Shown here in pieces: positions 1 to 9,260 of a stretch of DNA of 47,190 nucleotides. Below the pieces are notes generated by a model, which had not been told where the DNA came from, made no database searches, and was given only the letters and a program-made list of their open reading frames with translations. This DNA is from a virus (Duplodnaviria > Caudoviricetes). The stretch lies in the IMG/VR virus record IMGVR_UViG_3300012348_000256, positions 1 to 47,190 of that record, one strand, 5' to 3'. A program made the position numbers and the translations under genes. The stretch's first letter is position 1; every line of letters starts with the position of its first letter.

Positions 1-509
1 TTGGTGTACCAGCCCACATGGGGCTTGAGCTTGTCGAAGACGTCGCGGCGAATCAGCATGAAGCCGGTGCCGATGTGCTTGACCTGGAAGGGAAGGTTTG
101 CAGCCACCATGTCGTGGCCGTCCAGCTTGTTCAGGTTGAAGATTCCGGTGAGCTTTGACAGGTCAGGATGGTTCAGGACAGCGCCCTGGCGCACCTTATC
201 CCAATTGACCCCCTTCATGGGCACAGGCCCACCGATGATGCCTTTGTCCGCTTTGATCATCAGGGCGATGTCGTTCGCCACAAACTTCTGGTCAGCATCA
301 ATGAACATCAGGTGGGTTGCGTCCGGCATGGACATGAAGTGGTGCGCACATGTGTTGCGGCCACGCTGAATGAGGGACTCGTTGCCAAGGAAGATGCAAG
401 TCAGCTTGATGCCGTATTGCAAGCACGCCTCCTTCAGAGACAGGAGGGACTGCACGTACTCCGTGCACATCTGGCCTCCATACGCTGGTGTTGCGACAAC
501 GAGGTGCAT
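1..509 (-). CDS. GT-A-fold glycosyltransferase-like protein (3' end beyond window)
   Basis: Not in the ORF track. Read manually from ATG at 509 (TGATG overlap with the HNH stop): MHLVVATPAYGGQMCTEY...ESLIQRGRN...THLMFIDAD...HIGTGFMLIRRDVF. DxD motif and GTGFMLI motif are typical of phage GT-A proteins. Confidence 0.75.
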   Translation of the reverse strand, partial: MHLVVATPAYGGQMCTEYVQSLLSLKEACLQYGIKLTCIFLGNESLIQRGRNTCAHHFMSMPDATHLMFIDADQKFVANDIALMIKADKGIIGGPVPMKGVNWDKVRQGAVLNHPDLSKLTGIFNLNKLDGHDMVAANLPFQVKHIGTGFMLIRRDVFDKLKPHVGWYT

Positions 510-985
510 CACGCAGCCCTCACAGTTCGTTGCCACACGGCACCCTTGAGAATCATGCAGACCAAAGAAGGGCTGACGTTAAACATCTTGGCAATTGCGC
601 GTTGGGTCATGCCGCCTTTGAGCGACAGGATTTGCAAAACATCAGACTCTTTGAGTTTTGCTGCGCTGGACTTTTCCCCAAACATGCTTCTGTCCTTGCT
701 TTTCATGTCCCGCTGATTATCCTGCACGGTGCCCAAAAACAGGTGATCAGGGTTGACGCACTTTCGATTGTCGCAACGATGGCAAACAAACAGGCCGTCC
801 GGGATTTCGCCCTTAAAGACCTTGTACGAGGCCCTGTGCGTCAGGTGGTGAGTCCTGCCGCTTCGGATCATCCCGTAGCCCTGTTTGTGCAGCACACCAG
901 ACCAGTTCCAGCAACCTGTGCCGGGGTCAACATCGGCGCGTTTTTTAATCCGCTCCTGCGTCAGTGGTAGTGCTCGGACGTCCAT
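509..985 (-). CDS. HNH homing endonuclease
   Basis: CWNW...GYG...HRASY...VCHRCDNRKCVNPDHLFLGTVQDNQRDM, plus a C-terminal HTH (TQRAIAKMFNVS). Likely start is ATG 985, just after the upstream stop. Confidence 0.9.
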   Translation of the reverse strand: MDVRALPLTQERIKKRADVDPGTGCWNWSGVLHKQGYGMIRSGRTHHLTHRASYKVFKGEIPDGLFVCHRCDNRKCVNPDHLFLGTVQDNQRDMKSKDRSMFGEKSSAAKLKESDVLQILSLKGGMTQRAIAKMFNVSPSLVCMILKGAVWQRTVRAA

Positions 986-986
986 G

Positions 987-1832
987 TTAGGCAGCCTTTT
1001 GCTCTGGGTCAGGGGCCTGCTCAAGCAACGGGGAGTTGGTCAGGCTTGATCGGTCAAACACAGAAAAACCACGGCGTCCGGCAAACGTGGCGGGGTCGTT
1101 CTTCCACTTCTCAGCGCAAGCCTCTAACCAACGCATCGTCATTTCATGGGTGGGCGCTTGACCGTTTGAGATCAACTGATTTTCCATGTTGAGGTACGCG
1201 AACACTTCCGCTTGCGCTTGGGCCGCATTGATGCCAAGGTCAAAGATGTAGATCAAGTTGCCTTCATCAATCATCCCGTTACGCGATCTGGCCGCATTGA
1301 GGGCCTGCTTCATGGCCGTCATGATGTGGTAGCGGGACTCCTCGCGCTCGTAGTCCTCTTCGGTGATCTCGCTCTTGCCGACCTTCTCCAGCAGTTGTGC
1401 GTGCTGGTTCACCATGAAGTTCATCTTGCGCAGTGCGCCGTTGACGTGGTTCTGAGTGCCCTCAAGGTGGCTGTTCAACTCCAGAATCTCGATCTCCAGC
1501 AGCTCGGCGTCCAGCGGGTCGATGCACTTGGCCAACTCGGATTGCTTCTTCTTGAGTTCGACCTGCTTCTTGCGCAGGCCAATGTAGGCTTCTTGCAGCG
1601 CAGAGCGGGTGCGGTCGATCTCGGCTAAGGTGTGCTTGATGGAACGGATCGGCGTGATGGCCGTCACGTCCAACGTCACCGACATGAACTGGCTGTGGGA
1701 CTTGTGGAAGTTGCTCGTGTCGCGTGTGACAGCAGGCATCCGGTCCTGAATGTTCTTCAACATCAGGTTGTACTCTGGCTTGCTCACAGTCAGAGCGGTG
1801 TTCATGTTGCCAAGGATCAGATCATTGCTCAA
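987..1832 (-). CDS. conserved phage hypothetical coiled-coil protein
   Basis: Long ORF with good codon bias; TTG start at 1832 preceded by SD AGGAGA. Confidence 0.7.
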   Translation of the reverse strand: MSNDLILGNMNTALTVSKPEYNLMLKNIQDRMPAVTRDTSNFHKSHSQFMSVTLDVTAITPIRSIKHTLAEIDRTRSALQEAYIGLRKKQVELKKKQSELAKCIDPLDAELLEIEILELNSHLEGTQNHVNGALRKMNFMVNQHAQLLEKVGKSEITEEDYEREESRYHIMTAMKQALNAARSRNGMIDEGNLIYIFDLGINAAQAQAEVFAYLNMENQLISNGQAPTHEMTMRWLEACAEKWKNDPATFAGRRGFSVFDRSSLTNSPLLEQAPDPEQKAA

Positions 1833-1860
1833 AGGGTTCTCCTGTTTGGGGGAAGTGAAA

Positions 1861-2901
1861 TTATGCAAGACCGCCGTGGACATTGGAAATGTTGGTGTTG
1901 CCCATTTGGTAGTTTGTGCTTCCAAGACCTGTTAAATCACCAAAATCTGTAGCGTTGCCAGTCGTGGCAATTGTGATGTAGTCGATCACGTTGCTGCTGC
2001 TGCTTCCGCCAGCCCAAACCCCGCGCAGGGTACTACATGTGGCATCGCGGTTATACCGCGCAATAGTCAAATCCCCAAAATCCGTGGAGTTGCCAGTTGT
2101 GGCGATAGTCACATACTCAATAGTATCTGTAATTGTAAAAGAGGCGCTTGTATATCCAGCGCCTTGCACGGCCCGAGTTCCTGAAGAAACCGCAGCGGCG
2201 TAACTCCATGTGTCACTCAAATTTCCAAAATTAGTCGCGTTACCAGTAGTAGCAATCGTGACATACGCTATCTGACTGACATTATTACCACCTGATGTGC
2301 GGCCACCAAAAATCAAACCTCTCGTGGAAGAACTTGTTGCACAAGGTTGGTAAGCTTCGTTCGCAGTATCGCCAAAATCTGTAGCGTTACCTGTTGTGGC
2401 AATTGTCACGTAATCCAGCACGTTGTAATATGTAGCTACGTTTGCGCCGTTATTACAAATTCCACGAGTAGCGTTAGAAAATCCTGATGCCTCTGACCTA
2501 GTAACTGTAAGATCGCCAAAATCTGTGGCATTCCCAGTGGTAGCAATTGTAATATATTGAATTACGTTATTCGCATTTCCGCCGCTATCTTGACCACCGC
2601 ACAAAATTCCGCGAGTGCTTGAAGAAAACCCTGCCGCAGAATTTATTGAAGTCAAAGTATCGCCAAAGTCTACCGAATCCCCAGTCGTAGATATTGTGAT
2701 GTAGCTGATGATATTGGATGTTACTGCCGGTCCAAAAATACCGCGTTGAGAATTCCCCGCAATCGGCCACAGCCCTTGCTGAGTCCAGTAGGCGACTTGG
2801 TCGAGGGTCCAGATACCTTTGGCCGCGCCGTCTTGGAACGGACCAGCAGGCGTTGGAGGGATGGGCTGGATAAAACCACCGGGCCAAGACTTCACTCCCA
2901 T
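1861..2901 (-). CDS. repeat-rich (probable beta-propeller) tail fibre/receptor-binding protein
   Basis: About 44-aa repeats I.YVTIATTGNATDFGDL...SSTRG; located in the tail module. Confidence 0.7.
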   Translation of the reverse strand: MGVKSWPGGFIQPIPPTPAGPFQDGAAKGIWTLDQVAYWTQQGLWPIAGNSQRGIFGPAVTSNIISYITISTTGDSVDFGDTLTSINSAAGFSSSTRGILCGGQDSGGNANNVIQYITIATTGNATDFGDLTVTRSEASGFSNATRGICNNGANVATYYNVLDYVTIATTGNATDFGDTANEAYQPCATSSSTRGLIFGGRTSGGNNVSQIAYVTIATTGNATNFGNLSDTWSYAAAVSSGTRAVQGAGYTSASFTITDTIEYVTIATTGNSTDFGDLTIARYNRDATCSTLRGVWAGGSSSSNVIDYITIATTGNATDFGDLTGLGSTNYQMGNTNISNVHGGLA

Positions 2902-3620
2902 GACTGCACCTCTTTTGCTTTACGCTCTGCCCACAATTTTTTCATAAATTCTGACTGCTTCATGCGGGACTCCTCCGACGGCTTGGGTCGAGCTTCAATT
3001 ACCTTTGCACGCCACACGGGGTCAGCCCATTGGGCCTTCATCCTTGCTGCGTGGCTTTGCTTGCCTTCTTCTGAGAAAGGCCTCTTGCGACCTCTGTTGG
3101 CATCATGCGCCTTCTGCATGCCTGCAAGTTTCTTGGCCCGTTGCTCTGGATCGGCCCAGTGCGTTTTGACGGCCTCGCCAATCTTGTCCTTATGCTCTTG
3201 GTCAAGCGGACCGAGCTTCTTGCCAGTGATTGCTTGGCGCACCTTCTCAATGGCCTCTTGCGTGGGGCGTTTGCCGTACTGAGGATGGTTGACGCCCTTG
3301 TGGAACTGGATGCGCCCACGGCCTCCTGCGCACAGGTTGTAGCCGTTTGGCACAAGGCAGTCGTAGGCGTTGACCAGCTTGGCCTCCATATCGAGACAGT
3401 AGGCTCGGTCGGACACAAGCAGAACCTGAAACTCAAAGTTTTCCCGGCCATGCGCGTTGATGGCTCGGTTGATGTAGGAGACGTACTTCTCCCTTGGTCG
3501 GCTGTGCTCCTTGAAACGGGCCTCTGTGTTCTTGGCAACGCCGATGTACCGCATGCCATCCAACTTGTTGGTAATGGAGTATACGGAGCAAACCTCACCG
3601 GGCCAGTTTTTGATACTCAT
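2892..3620 (-). CDS. GIY-YIG homing endonuclease with NUMOD3-like repeats
   Basis: VYSITNKLDGMRYIG...ARFKEH...NGYN, followed by basic helical repeats. Confidence 0.85.
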   Translation of the reverse strand: MSIKNWPGEVCSVYSITNKLDGMRYIGVAKNTEARFKEHSRPREKYVSYINRAINAHGRENFEFQVLLVSDRAYCLDMEAKLVNAYDCLVPNGYNLCAGGRGRIQFHKGVNHPQYGKRPTQEAIEKVRQAITGKKLGPLDQEHKDKIGEAVKTHWADPEQRAKKLAGMQKAHDANRGRKRPFSEEGKQSHAARMKAQWADPVWRAKVIEARPKPSEESRMKQSEFMKKLWAERKAKEVQSWE

Positions 3621-4582
3621 TATTGGACTCCACCGGAAGCACTGGAACAGGATACAAGGCCGTTTGTTGCTGCCAACAAGTCGCCAAAATCAATAGCATT
3701 GCCAGTTGTAGCAATCGTCACATATTGCATCACGTTTGTGTTTGTGCCGCCGACGTTTCCGCCACCAAAAACTCCTCTGGTGTTGGATGAGCACGCAGCC
3801 AAACTGTATGGTTCCTGCAAAAGATCACCAAAATCGGTAGCGTTGCCGGTCGAAGCGATGGTTACAAACTGGATGACGTTGGTTCCTGAGCTTCCGGTAA
3901 ACCCGCCACCAATCAATCCCCGCGTTGAAGATGCACAGGAGGCAGGGGTGTTGTCAACCGAAACCGCCAAATCACCAAAGTCAGTGGCATTGCCAGCAGA
4001 GGCGATGGTCACGAAGTCAATTACGTTTTGCCTTCCGCCTGCGTTGCCGCCACCGGAAAAAACACCTCGCGTTGGTGAAGCGCAAGAGGCCAAAACATCT
4101 CGCCCCACAGTTAGGTCGCCAAAGTCGGTCGCGTTTGCGGCTGTGGCAATGGTGACAAAATCAACGATGTTTGTATAGTTTGCCCCGGAGGCATCGCCCC
4201 CGCCAAACAACCCGCGAGTTGCATTTGCGCACCCCGTCAGCGCAGTTCTGGCAACGGTCAGATTCCCAAATGTGGAAGAATTACCAGCGGTTGAGAATGT
4301 CACAAAAGTGATGCTGCTGTAGAAAGAACCATCGAACCCACCTGCAAACAACGCTCTTGTTGCATTCCCACACCCGGCACCATTTCCGTAAGAGTTCGTG
4401 AGGTCGCCAAAATCTGCGGCGTTGCCCGTGGTGGCGATGTCAATGAACGCAATTACGTTGGTCACGCCTGCAACGTTGCCGCCAGCAAACAACCCAATCG
4501 GTGTGGGTGGGTTCGTCCAATTCTTTTGCGCCACGGCCTGATACACCGACACCAAATTCCAAATTCCACTATACGACGGCAT
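3620..4582 (-). CDS. repeat-rich (probable beta-propeller) tail fibre protein, paralog of 1861-2901
   Basis: Same FVTIA.TGNATDFGDL repeats. Confidence 0.7.
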   Translation of the reverse strand: MPSYSGIWNLVSVYQAVAQKNWTNPPTPIGLFAGGNVAGVTNVIAFIDIATTGNAADFGDLTNSYGNGAGCGNATRALFAGGFDGSFYSSITFVTFSTAGNSSTFGNLTVARTALTGCANATRGLFGGGDASGANYTNIVDFVTIATAANATDFGDLTVGRDVLASCASPTRGVFSGGGNAGGRQNVIDFVTIASAGNATDFGDLAVSVDNTPASCASSTRGLIGGGFTGSSGTNVIQFVTIASTGNATDFGDLLQEPYSLAACSSNTRGVFGGGNVGGTNTNVMQYVTIATTGNAIDFGDLLAATNGLVSCSSASGGVQ

Positions 4583-5129
4583 CGCGTTCTCCTAACATTT
4601 GTTTGCGCTTGGCCCAAAACACATAAGCTGCCGCCCTGAGTTTCTCGCGGGTTTCAGCAGTAACTGTTGTGTTCTTCCGGCAAAGTTTTAACCGTTGCTC
4701 TGGTGTGCGCTTTTTGCCTTTTTTTGCAGCACTGATTTTAGCTTTTGACTCTGGCGTATGTGGCGTTCCTTTACGGCCCATCAGTGACGCAGAAATCTGG
4801 GCACGCGCCTCTGGGGACATGACCAGACCAGTAGAGCCTTCACCACCAAGTGTTCGGTTGGTAAGCTCAAACCCCATGCTCTTCAAAAAAGCAATCAACC
4901 ACTTTTCCGTTTCAAACGCAATTTGCTCTGTCGCGCAGTCCAGCTTGCCAATTATGATGGCGTCCTTGCCGTACTTGGCAACAATGTTCTTGTGGTGCGG
5001 GTTGCGAATGCTGAACTTGTTCGCCCTGATTCCGTGGCCTTTGCCGACGTAAAACGGCGTCCCATCCGGCTTGGAATGGATGTAGACGTAGAACTTCTTT
5101 TCTTGAGGTTCGCCGCTGTATGAGGGCAT
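4569..5129 (-). CDS. GIY-YIG-type homing endonuclease with NUMOD3
   Basis: FYVYIH...PFYVGKG..R, LTN...GGEG, HTPESKAKISAAKKGKK. Confidence 0.85.
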   Translation of the reverse strand: MPSYSGEPQEKKFYVYIHSKPDGTPFYVGKGHGIRANKFSIRNPHHKNIVAKYGKDAIIIGKLDCATEQIAFETEKWLIAFLKSMGFELTNRTLGGEGSTGLVMSPEARAQISASLMGRKGTPHTPESKAKISAAKKGKKRTPEQRLKLCRKNTTVTAETREKLRAAAYVFWAKRKQMLGERDAVV

Positions 5130-5147
5130 CAGAGTGCTCCTTGATTG

Positions 5148-5564
5148 TTATGTGTCATCAGAGACCTCCGTCCACGATACCGTGGGTTCGTCCCATTGAT
5201 AGATTTTGCCATCAGTGGGGTAAGGTGTTGGGGCTTTGAAGGCGCAGATTGCTTCATCAAACACCCACGAAGCAAATCCGTTTGACGCCCACGCATCTTT
5301 CACGGCTTGCTGCTTTGCAGCAATCTCTTCAGCGGTCATTTGCTCGACTGAAAACACATCGGTGTAAACGCCATCAACCAACTGGTAAGAAACCGTCTGG
5401 TTCTTTTCGTACACACTAACCGCAGGAGCTTCAACACGAACAAACCGAGCAAACGATTCCGGCAAGTTGTCTGTGTCGATGTTAGGGAAAGCCTGCCGAA
5501 AGTTATCCCCAAAGATGGGGTGCTCGAAAGGCTGTCCGTTTCGGATTTGAATAAACAGTTCCAT
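5148..5564 (-). CDS. tail fibre-associated/assembly-like protein
   Basis: C-terminal APTPYPTDGKIYQWDE...W motif; follows a fibre gene with coupled stop/start. Confidence 0.55.
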   Translation of the reverse strand: MELFIQIRNGQPFEHPIFGDNFRQAFPNIDTDNLPESFARFVRVEAPAVSVYEKNQTVSYQLVDGVYTDVFSVEQMTAEEIAAKQQAVKDAWASNGFASWVFDEAICAFKAPTPYPTDGKIYQWDEPTVSWTEVSDDT

Positions 5565-6628
5565 TACAAGTCACCTGTGTTTGTTGATGGGAACGAGCGC
5601 GTTGTTCCGGGCCAAATAATCCGAACAGCACCTACAGCACCACTGGCGTAACTTGCCAAGCCTCGGCGACCCACAACAACGGTATAGCTTGATCCGGGCG
5701 TTACTGTAATATTGTTTTTGTAGCCCAATCCACCCCCGCTTCCGCCTTTGCCATTGCCGCCACCGCCGCCGCCATATTCGCCTCCTGCGGTATTGCTAGC
5801 AGCATTACCAAGAGCAGTGGCTCCACCTGAGCCGCCGCCGCCGCCAAAGGTGCTATTAACAGCGCCCGCGCCATTAGCGCCTTGACCAAGAATTCCCACG
5901 CCGCCGCCGCCGCTGCCAAAAGAACTGTTATATCGACCGCCACCCCCACCGCCGCCAGCACCATCGCTACCATCTGAAGTGCCGCCATTGGAATCTCCAC
6001 CGTTTCCAGAATACCCCCCGGCGCCTGCACCAGCTTGACCTAAAGCAGCGCCCCCATTTCCACCGCCGTCTCCTGTAAAGGTGGATTCGCTTTCTGTTCC
6101 ATTGCCACCAGCGCCGCCTTTTACAGTAGAGGTGTTTATGAAATAAGAATCTTGGGCAAGGGTGCCTTCATTAGTTGAAATTACTGCGGCACCGCCTCCA
6201 CCAACAGCAACGACGCTAACCGAGGTAACTCCCGATGGGGCGACCCATGAGTATGTACCTGCTGTTGTGTAAGCCTGCTGACCTTGAATTACTTCTACCA
6301 CAACGCTATTGCTTGCAGCACTTGCGGCACTGGGGCCAAAAGAGTTTACCGCAGCAACTGTAATTGTGTACGCAGCCCCAGTTACTAAGCCCGTAACTGT
6401 AATTGGAGAGGACACGCCCGTGGCTCCAACGCTTGTCCCGTCAGAAGTCCTTCTTGCTGTTGCAATATAGCCTGTGATCGGACCGCCGCCAACATTTGTG
6501 GGAGCTGTAAATGTAATCGACGCAGATGTGTTTGAAACAGCCGTAGCCGTCCCAATCGTAGGCGCATCAGGGTTCTTCAGCGGATCAAAACCGGGCCGGA
6601 TAAAACCGGCAGGAGGACGTAAAGGCAT
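5564..6628 (-). CDS. glycine-rich tail fibre protein with FN3-like domain
   Basis: PDAPTIGTATA...Y.ITVAAVNSFG (FN3-like), then YSWVAPSGVTSVSVVAVGGGG and Gly-rich repeats. Confidence 0.75.
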   Translation of the reverse strand: MPLRPPAGFIRPGFDPLKNPDAPTIGTATAVSNTSASITFTAPTNVGGGPITGYIATARRTSDGTSVGATGVSSPITVTGLVTGAAYTITVAAVNSFGPSAASAASNSVVVEVIQGQQAYTTAGTYSWVAPSGVTSVSVVAVGGGGAAVISTNEGTLAQDSYFINTSTVKGGAGGNGTESESTFTGDGGGNGGAALGQAGAGAGGYSGNGGDSNGGTSDGSDGAGGGGGGGRYNSSFGSGGGGVGILGQGANGAGAVNSTFGGGGGSGGATALGNAASNTAGGEYGGGGGGNGKGGSGGGLGYKNNITVTPGSSYTVVVGRRGLASYASGAVGAVRIIWPGTTRSFPSTNTGDL

Positions 6629-6640
6629 GATGCCCTCCTA

Positions 6641-7015
6641 TCAGGACGAGATTTCTTCCCAGCTTGCTGTGGCAACCAAGTCACCCGAGGTTCCAGCGAT
6701 TGCGCCAATCGACTGGTTCTCCAGCAGGTAGAACGTGGTGGTCTTGTCGGTCACGATCAGCGAAGCGTCTGCTGGAACCGAGATGGTCGAGACAATCGCA
6801 ATTGGTGAGCCACCCAGCGCAGCGGCAGAGTAGATGTTCACGGTGATGTCAGCGGCGTTGGTGCCGTCGATGTTGGCCACCACAATCGAATTGATCTTGT
6901 AGACCTTGCCACTGGAAGCGGCGTTAGACGCCAGTTGCGTGGCGCTCGTGCCGACAGCAACCGAGAGCGAGTTGCCGAGAATACTCGTGACGTTGACAAT
7001 GTTTGGATTGGCCAT
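6641..7015 (-). CDS. putative tail structural protein
   Basis: Beta-rich 124-aa ORF with SD; tail module position. Confidence 0.55.
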   Translation of the reverse strand: MANPNIVNVTSILGNSLSVAVGTSATQLASNAASSGKVYKINSIVVANIDGTNAADITVNIYSAAALGGSPIAIVSTISVPADASLIVTDKTTTFYLLENQSIGAIAGTSGDLVATASWEEISS

Positions 7016-7024
7016 GATGGTTCC

Positions 7025-7816
7025 TTACAGACCGAAGATGAGTGAGAAAGCGATTGCTTGGCCCTTGGAGGCCCCGCTTGCCGCTGGTGTTGCTGATGTC
7101 CAAGTCGTGCCGTTTGAGGTCAGCACGTTCCCAGACGTTCCGGGTGCGACAAACAGGGGATTCGACGTGCCGTTACCAAGAATGACGTTGTTTGCTGTTA
7201 GCGTGGTCAAATTCGTACCACCTTGGTCAACGCCCAGCGTGCCGGTAGATACCAGGTTTTTGCTACCGTTGGTAAATACCGGCTTATTGGCTGTTAGGGA
7301 CGAATCAATAACGTCATTGGCTGTCAGGGTTGTGCCATCAAACGTCAGGTTTGCAGAGCCAGCTAGGTTGCCGGAGCTGTTGAACTGAACCTGTGTGTTG
7401 GAACCACCAGCCGATGCGCCTACGCGTACAAAATCAGAGCCGTTCCATGCCACCAGTGCCTTGTCCCCCGCAGCAATCGTGACGCCTGTTGTTGGGCCTG
7501 CGCCCCGGATGACGATGGGACCAGTGCCGGAGTTGATGACGACATACGCCTTGCTCTGAGCGGGGGCCGTGATGTTGCGGGTGGTTGCGCCATTGCTGGC
7601 TGTCCACAAGATGACCGCGTTACGCGCTTGGTTGGCCGCGCCGTTGGTTGTGCTCAGGGTGACATCGGTGTCAGCGGACAGCGTTGTAGTGCCTGCCACA
7701 GCAGAGTCCAGCAACTGCGTGATTGCATCGTTGACCGTAGTGCCCCAAGTGCCGGACAGGTCGCCTGTTGTAGGCAGCGCAAGGCCCAGAAGAGGGGAGA
7801 AATTTGTGACTGCCAT
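7025..7816 (-). CDS. putative tail fibre protein
   Basis: N-terminal LGL..P.TGDLSGTWGTTVN anchor; GGSNTQVQFN and GNVLTSNGTTW fibre motifs. Confidence 0.7.
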   Translation of the reverse strand: MAVTNFSPLLGLALPTTGDLSGTWGTTVNDAITQLLDSAVAGTTTLSADTDVTLSTTNGAANQARNAVILWTASNGATTRNITAPAQSKAYVVINSGTGPIVIRGAGPTTGVTIAAGDKALVAWNGSDFVRVGASAGGSNTQVQFNSSGNLAGSANLTFDGTTLTANDVIDSSLTANKPVFTNGSKNLVSTGTLGVDQGGTNLTTLTANNVILGNGTSNPLFVAPGTSGNVLTSNGTTWTSATPAASGASKGQAIAFSLIFGL

Positions 7817-7827
7817 ATCAATATCCT

Positions 7828-8547
7828 TTACACAACCATTTCAACATTTTGCCAGTTTGGGGTCTCGCTGTCATCTATTGTTGTCCAGTAGAAGTAGTTT
7901 GGCGTACCCGCCTGGCCCTGCGCAGACACGCCGCTCAACGCCACGGTGCGGCTGGTGGAAGCAATTGAGCCTACCTGGCCAAACGCCACTACGCTATCTT
8001 CTGCTGGGCCCGCCACAGGGGTGGCCGTGCCCACTGCGCCTACCGAACCCACGCCCGTCAACGCAACCGTGCGGACAGAGCCTACTGTGCCCGTCTGGCC
8101 CCCAGCCGCCACACCTGTACCGATGGGCGCAGCCAGCATATTGCCTACGCTACCCAGCGCCTCAACGCCCGACAAGAACGCGGCATACGCAAAGTCCACG
8201 TTGCCCACTGCTCCAGCGGCAGACACGCCCGTGAGCGCTATCGACAGCGCCGAGCCTACCGAGCCTACTTGGCCCTGCGCTAAGACGCCGTCTTCCGCCG
8301 GGCTATTGGTCTCTGCTACATCACCTGCTAGGCCAGCCGCGGACACGCCCGTGAGCGCTACTGTGCGCTCCCCCATTGCTACCGAGCCTACAGCGCCCGC
8401 AGCCTCAACTCCTGTGGCATCCACCGCATAGATGACCTCCGCGGTCATCGTGCCTACGGCACCGGCGGCGCTATTCCCGGCTATCTCCGACTGGGAGCCG
8501 CCCCAAGAATATTCACCCCATGTACCTTCGCCCCATGCGGTAGTCAT
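7828..8547 (-). CDS. putative virion structural protein (WG N-terminus, Ala/Gly/Val repeats)
   Basis: WGEGTWGEYSWGG start; VALTGVSA.G.VG repeats. Confidence 0.6.
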   Translation of the reverse strand: MTTAWGEGTWGEYSWGGSQSEIAGNSAAGAVGTMTAEVIYAVDATGVEAAGAVGSVAMGERTVALTGVSAAGLAGDVAETNSPAEDGVLAQGQVGSVGSALSIALTGVSAAGAVGNVDFAYAAFLSGVEALGSVGNMLAAPIGTGVAAGGQTGTVGSVRTVALTGVGSVGAVGTATPVAGPAEDSVVAFGQVGSIASTSRTVALSGVSAQGQAGTPNYFYWTTIDDSETPNWQNVEMVV

Positions 8548-8565
8548 GCGCTACCTCCGAGTAGG

Positions 8566-9042
8566 TTAGGTTGTGGCCAAGCGGATCAACGCGGTGGTTG
8601 TCGTGTTCGCAGGCATCGTCAGTGTGAAAGTGCCAGCAGTCACAGTCTGTGAACCGAAGGTGTGCACGCTCACAGCCTTGTCAGCCTGTGTCGAGTTGTA
8701 GATCAGCACTGCGTCAAACGCGGTAGCCAAAGTCACTGTGGTGTATGTGATGCTGGCCGAAGGTGTAACAAACGCCACGCCTGCTGTTGCAGAGCTGTTG
8801 GTGGCCGTAGGAGGGGTTCCAAAAGAAACCGCCACGCCACCTGCTGTGTAGCCTGTGCCCGACACTTCGTTGGTTGCCGAGTAAGCAGTGGTGGATGCGT
8901 TTACGGTGGCAGTTGTCAAATACAACGCACCTTTGAACGTGTCAGTTGCGCCGCTTGCACGAACTGGGGCAGTGCCAAAGTTGTGAGTTGCGGTCATCAA
9001 CTCGCCCATAAAGCTGGTTGTCATCGCTTGAGTGTTAGCCAT
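8566..9042 (-). CDS. putative tail structural protein
   Basis: TSF..EL...H.F...FKGALY...YSATNEVSGTGYTAGG...LIYN; paralog of 9261-9677. Confidence 0.6.
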   Translation of the reverse strand: MANTQAMTTSFMGELMTATHNFGTAPVRASGATDTFKGALYLTTATVNASTTAYSATNEVSGTGYTAGGVAVSFGTPPTATNSSATAGVAFVTPSASITYTTVTLATAFDAVLIYNSTQADKAVSVHTFGSQTVTAGTFTLTMPANTTTTALIRLATT

Positions 9043-9052
9043 GGTCGGCTCC

Positions 9053-9247
9053 TTAATTAAAAGATGCGGCTTCCACCGCTGAACTTACGTTTTTCTTGAG
9101 GGCTACGTGCGCTGAACGGTGCACAAGCTCCCCCTCCAACCAGTACTCAACCCAAGTCGTGTACTCATTGTCATTATCGACGAAACCCTCTCGCTTCTCA
9201 AGCAGGGAATCGTCCATCTCGCCTTTGGTGGTTGTAACCATGGTCAT
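9053..9247 (-). CDS. small conserved phage protein
   Basis: 64 aa with SD; TTKGEMDDSLLEKREG...WVEYWLEGELVHRS. Confidence 0.55.
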   Translation of the reverse strand: MTMVTTTKGEMDDSLLEKREGFVDNDNEYTTWVEYWLEGELVHRSAHVALKKNVSSAVEAASFN

Positions 9248-9260
9248 AGTGTTTTCCTGT

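Noticed and set aside
1861-4582. Diversity-generating retroelement TR/VR pair in the repeat fibre genes
   Set aside because: There is no reverse transcriptase in the window, and repeat differences are general synonymous divergence rather than adenine-specific.
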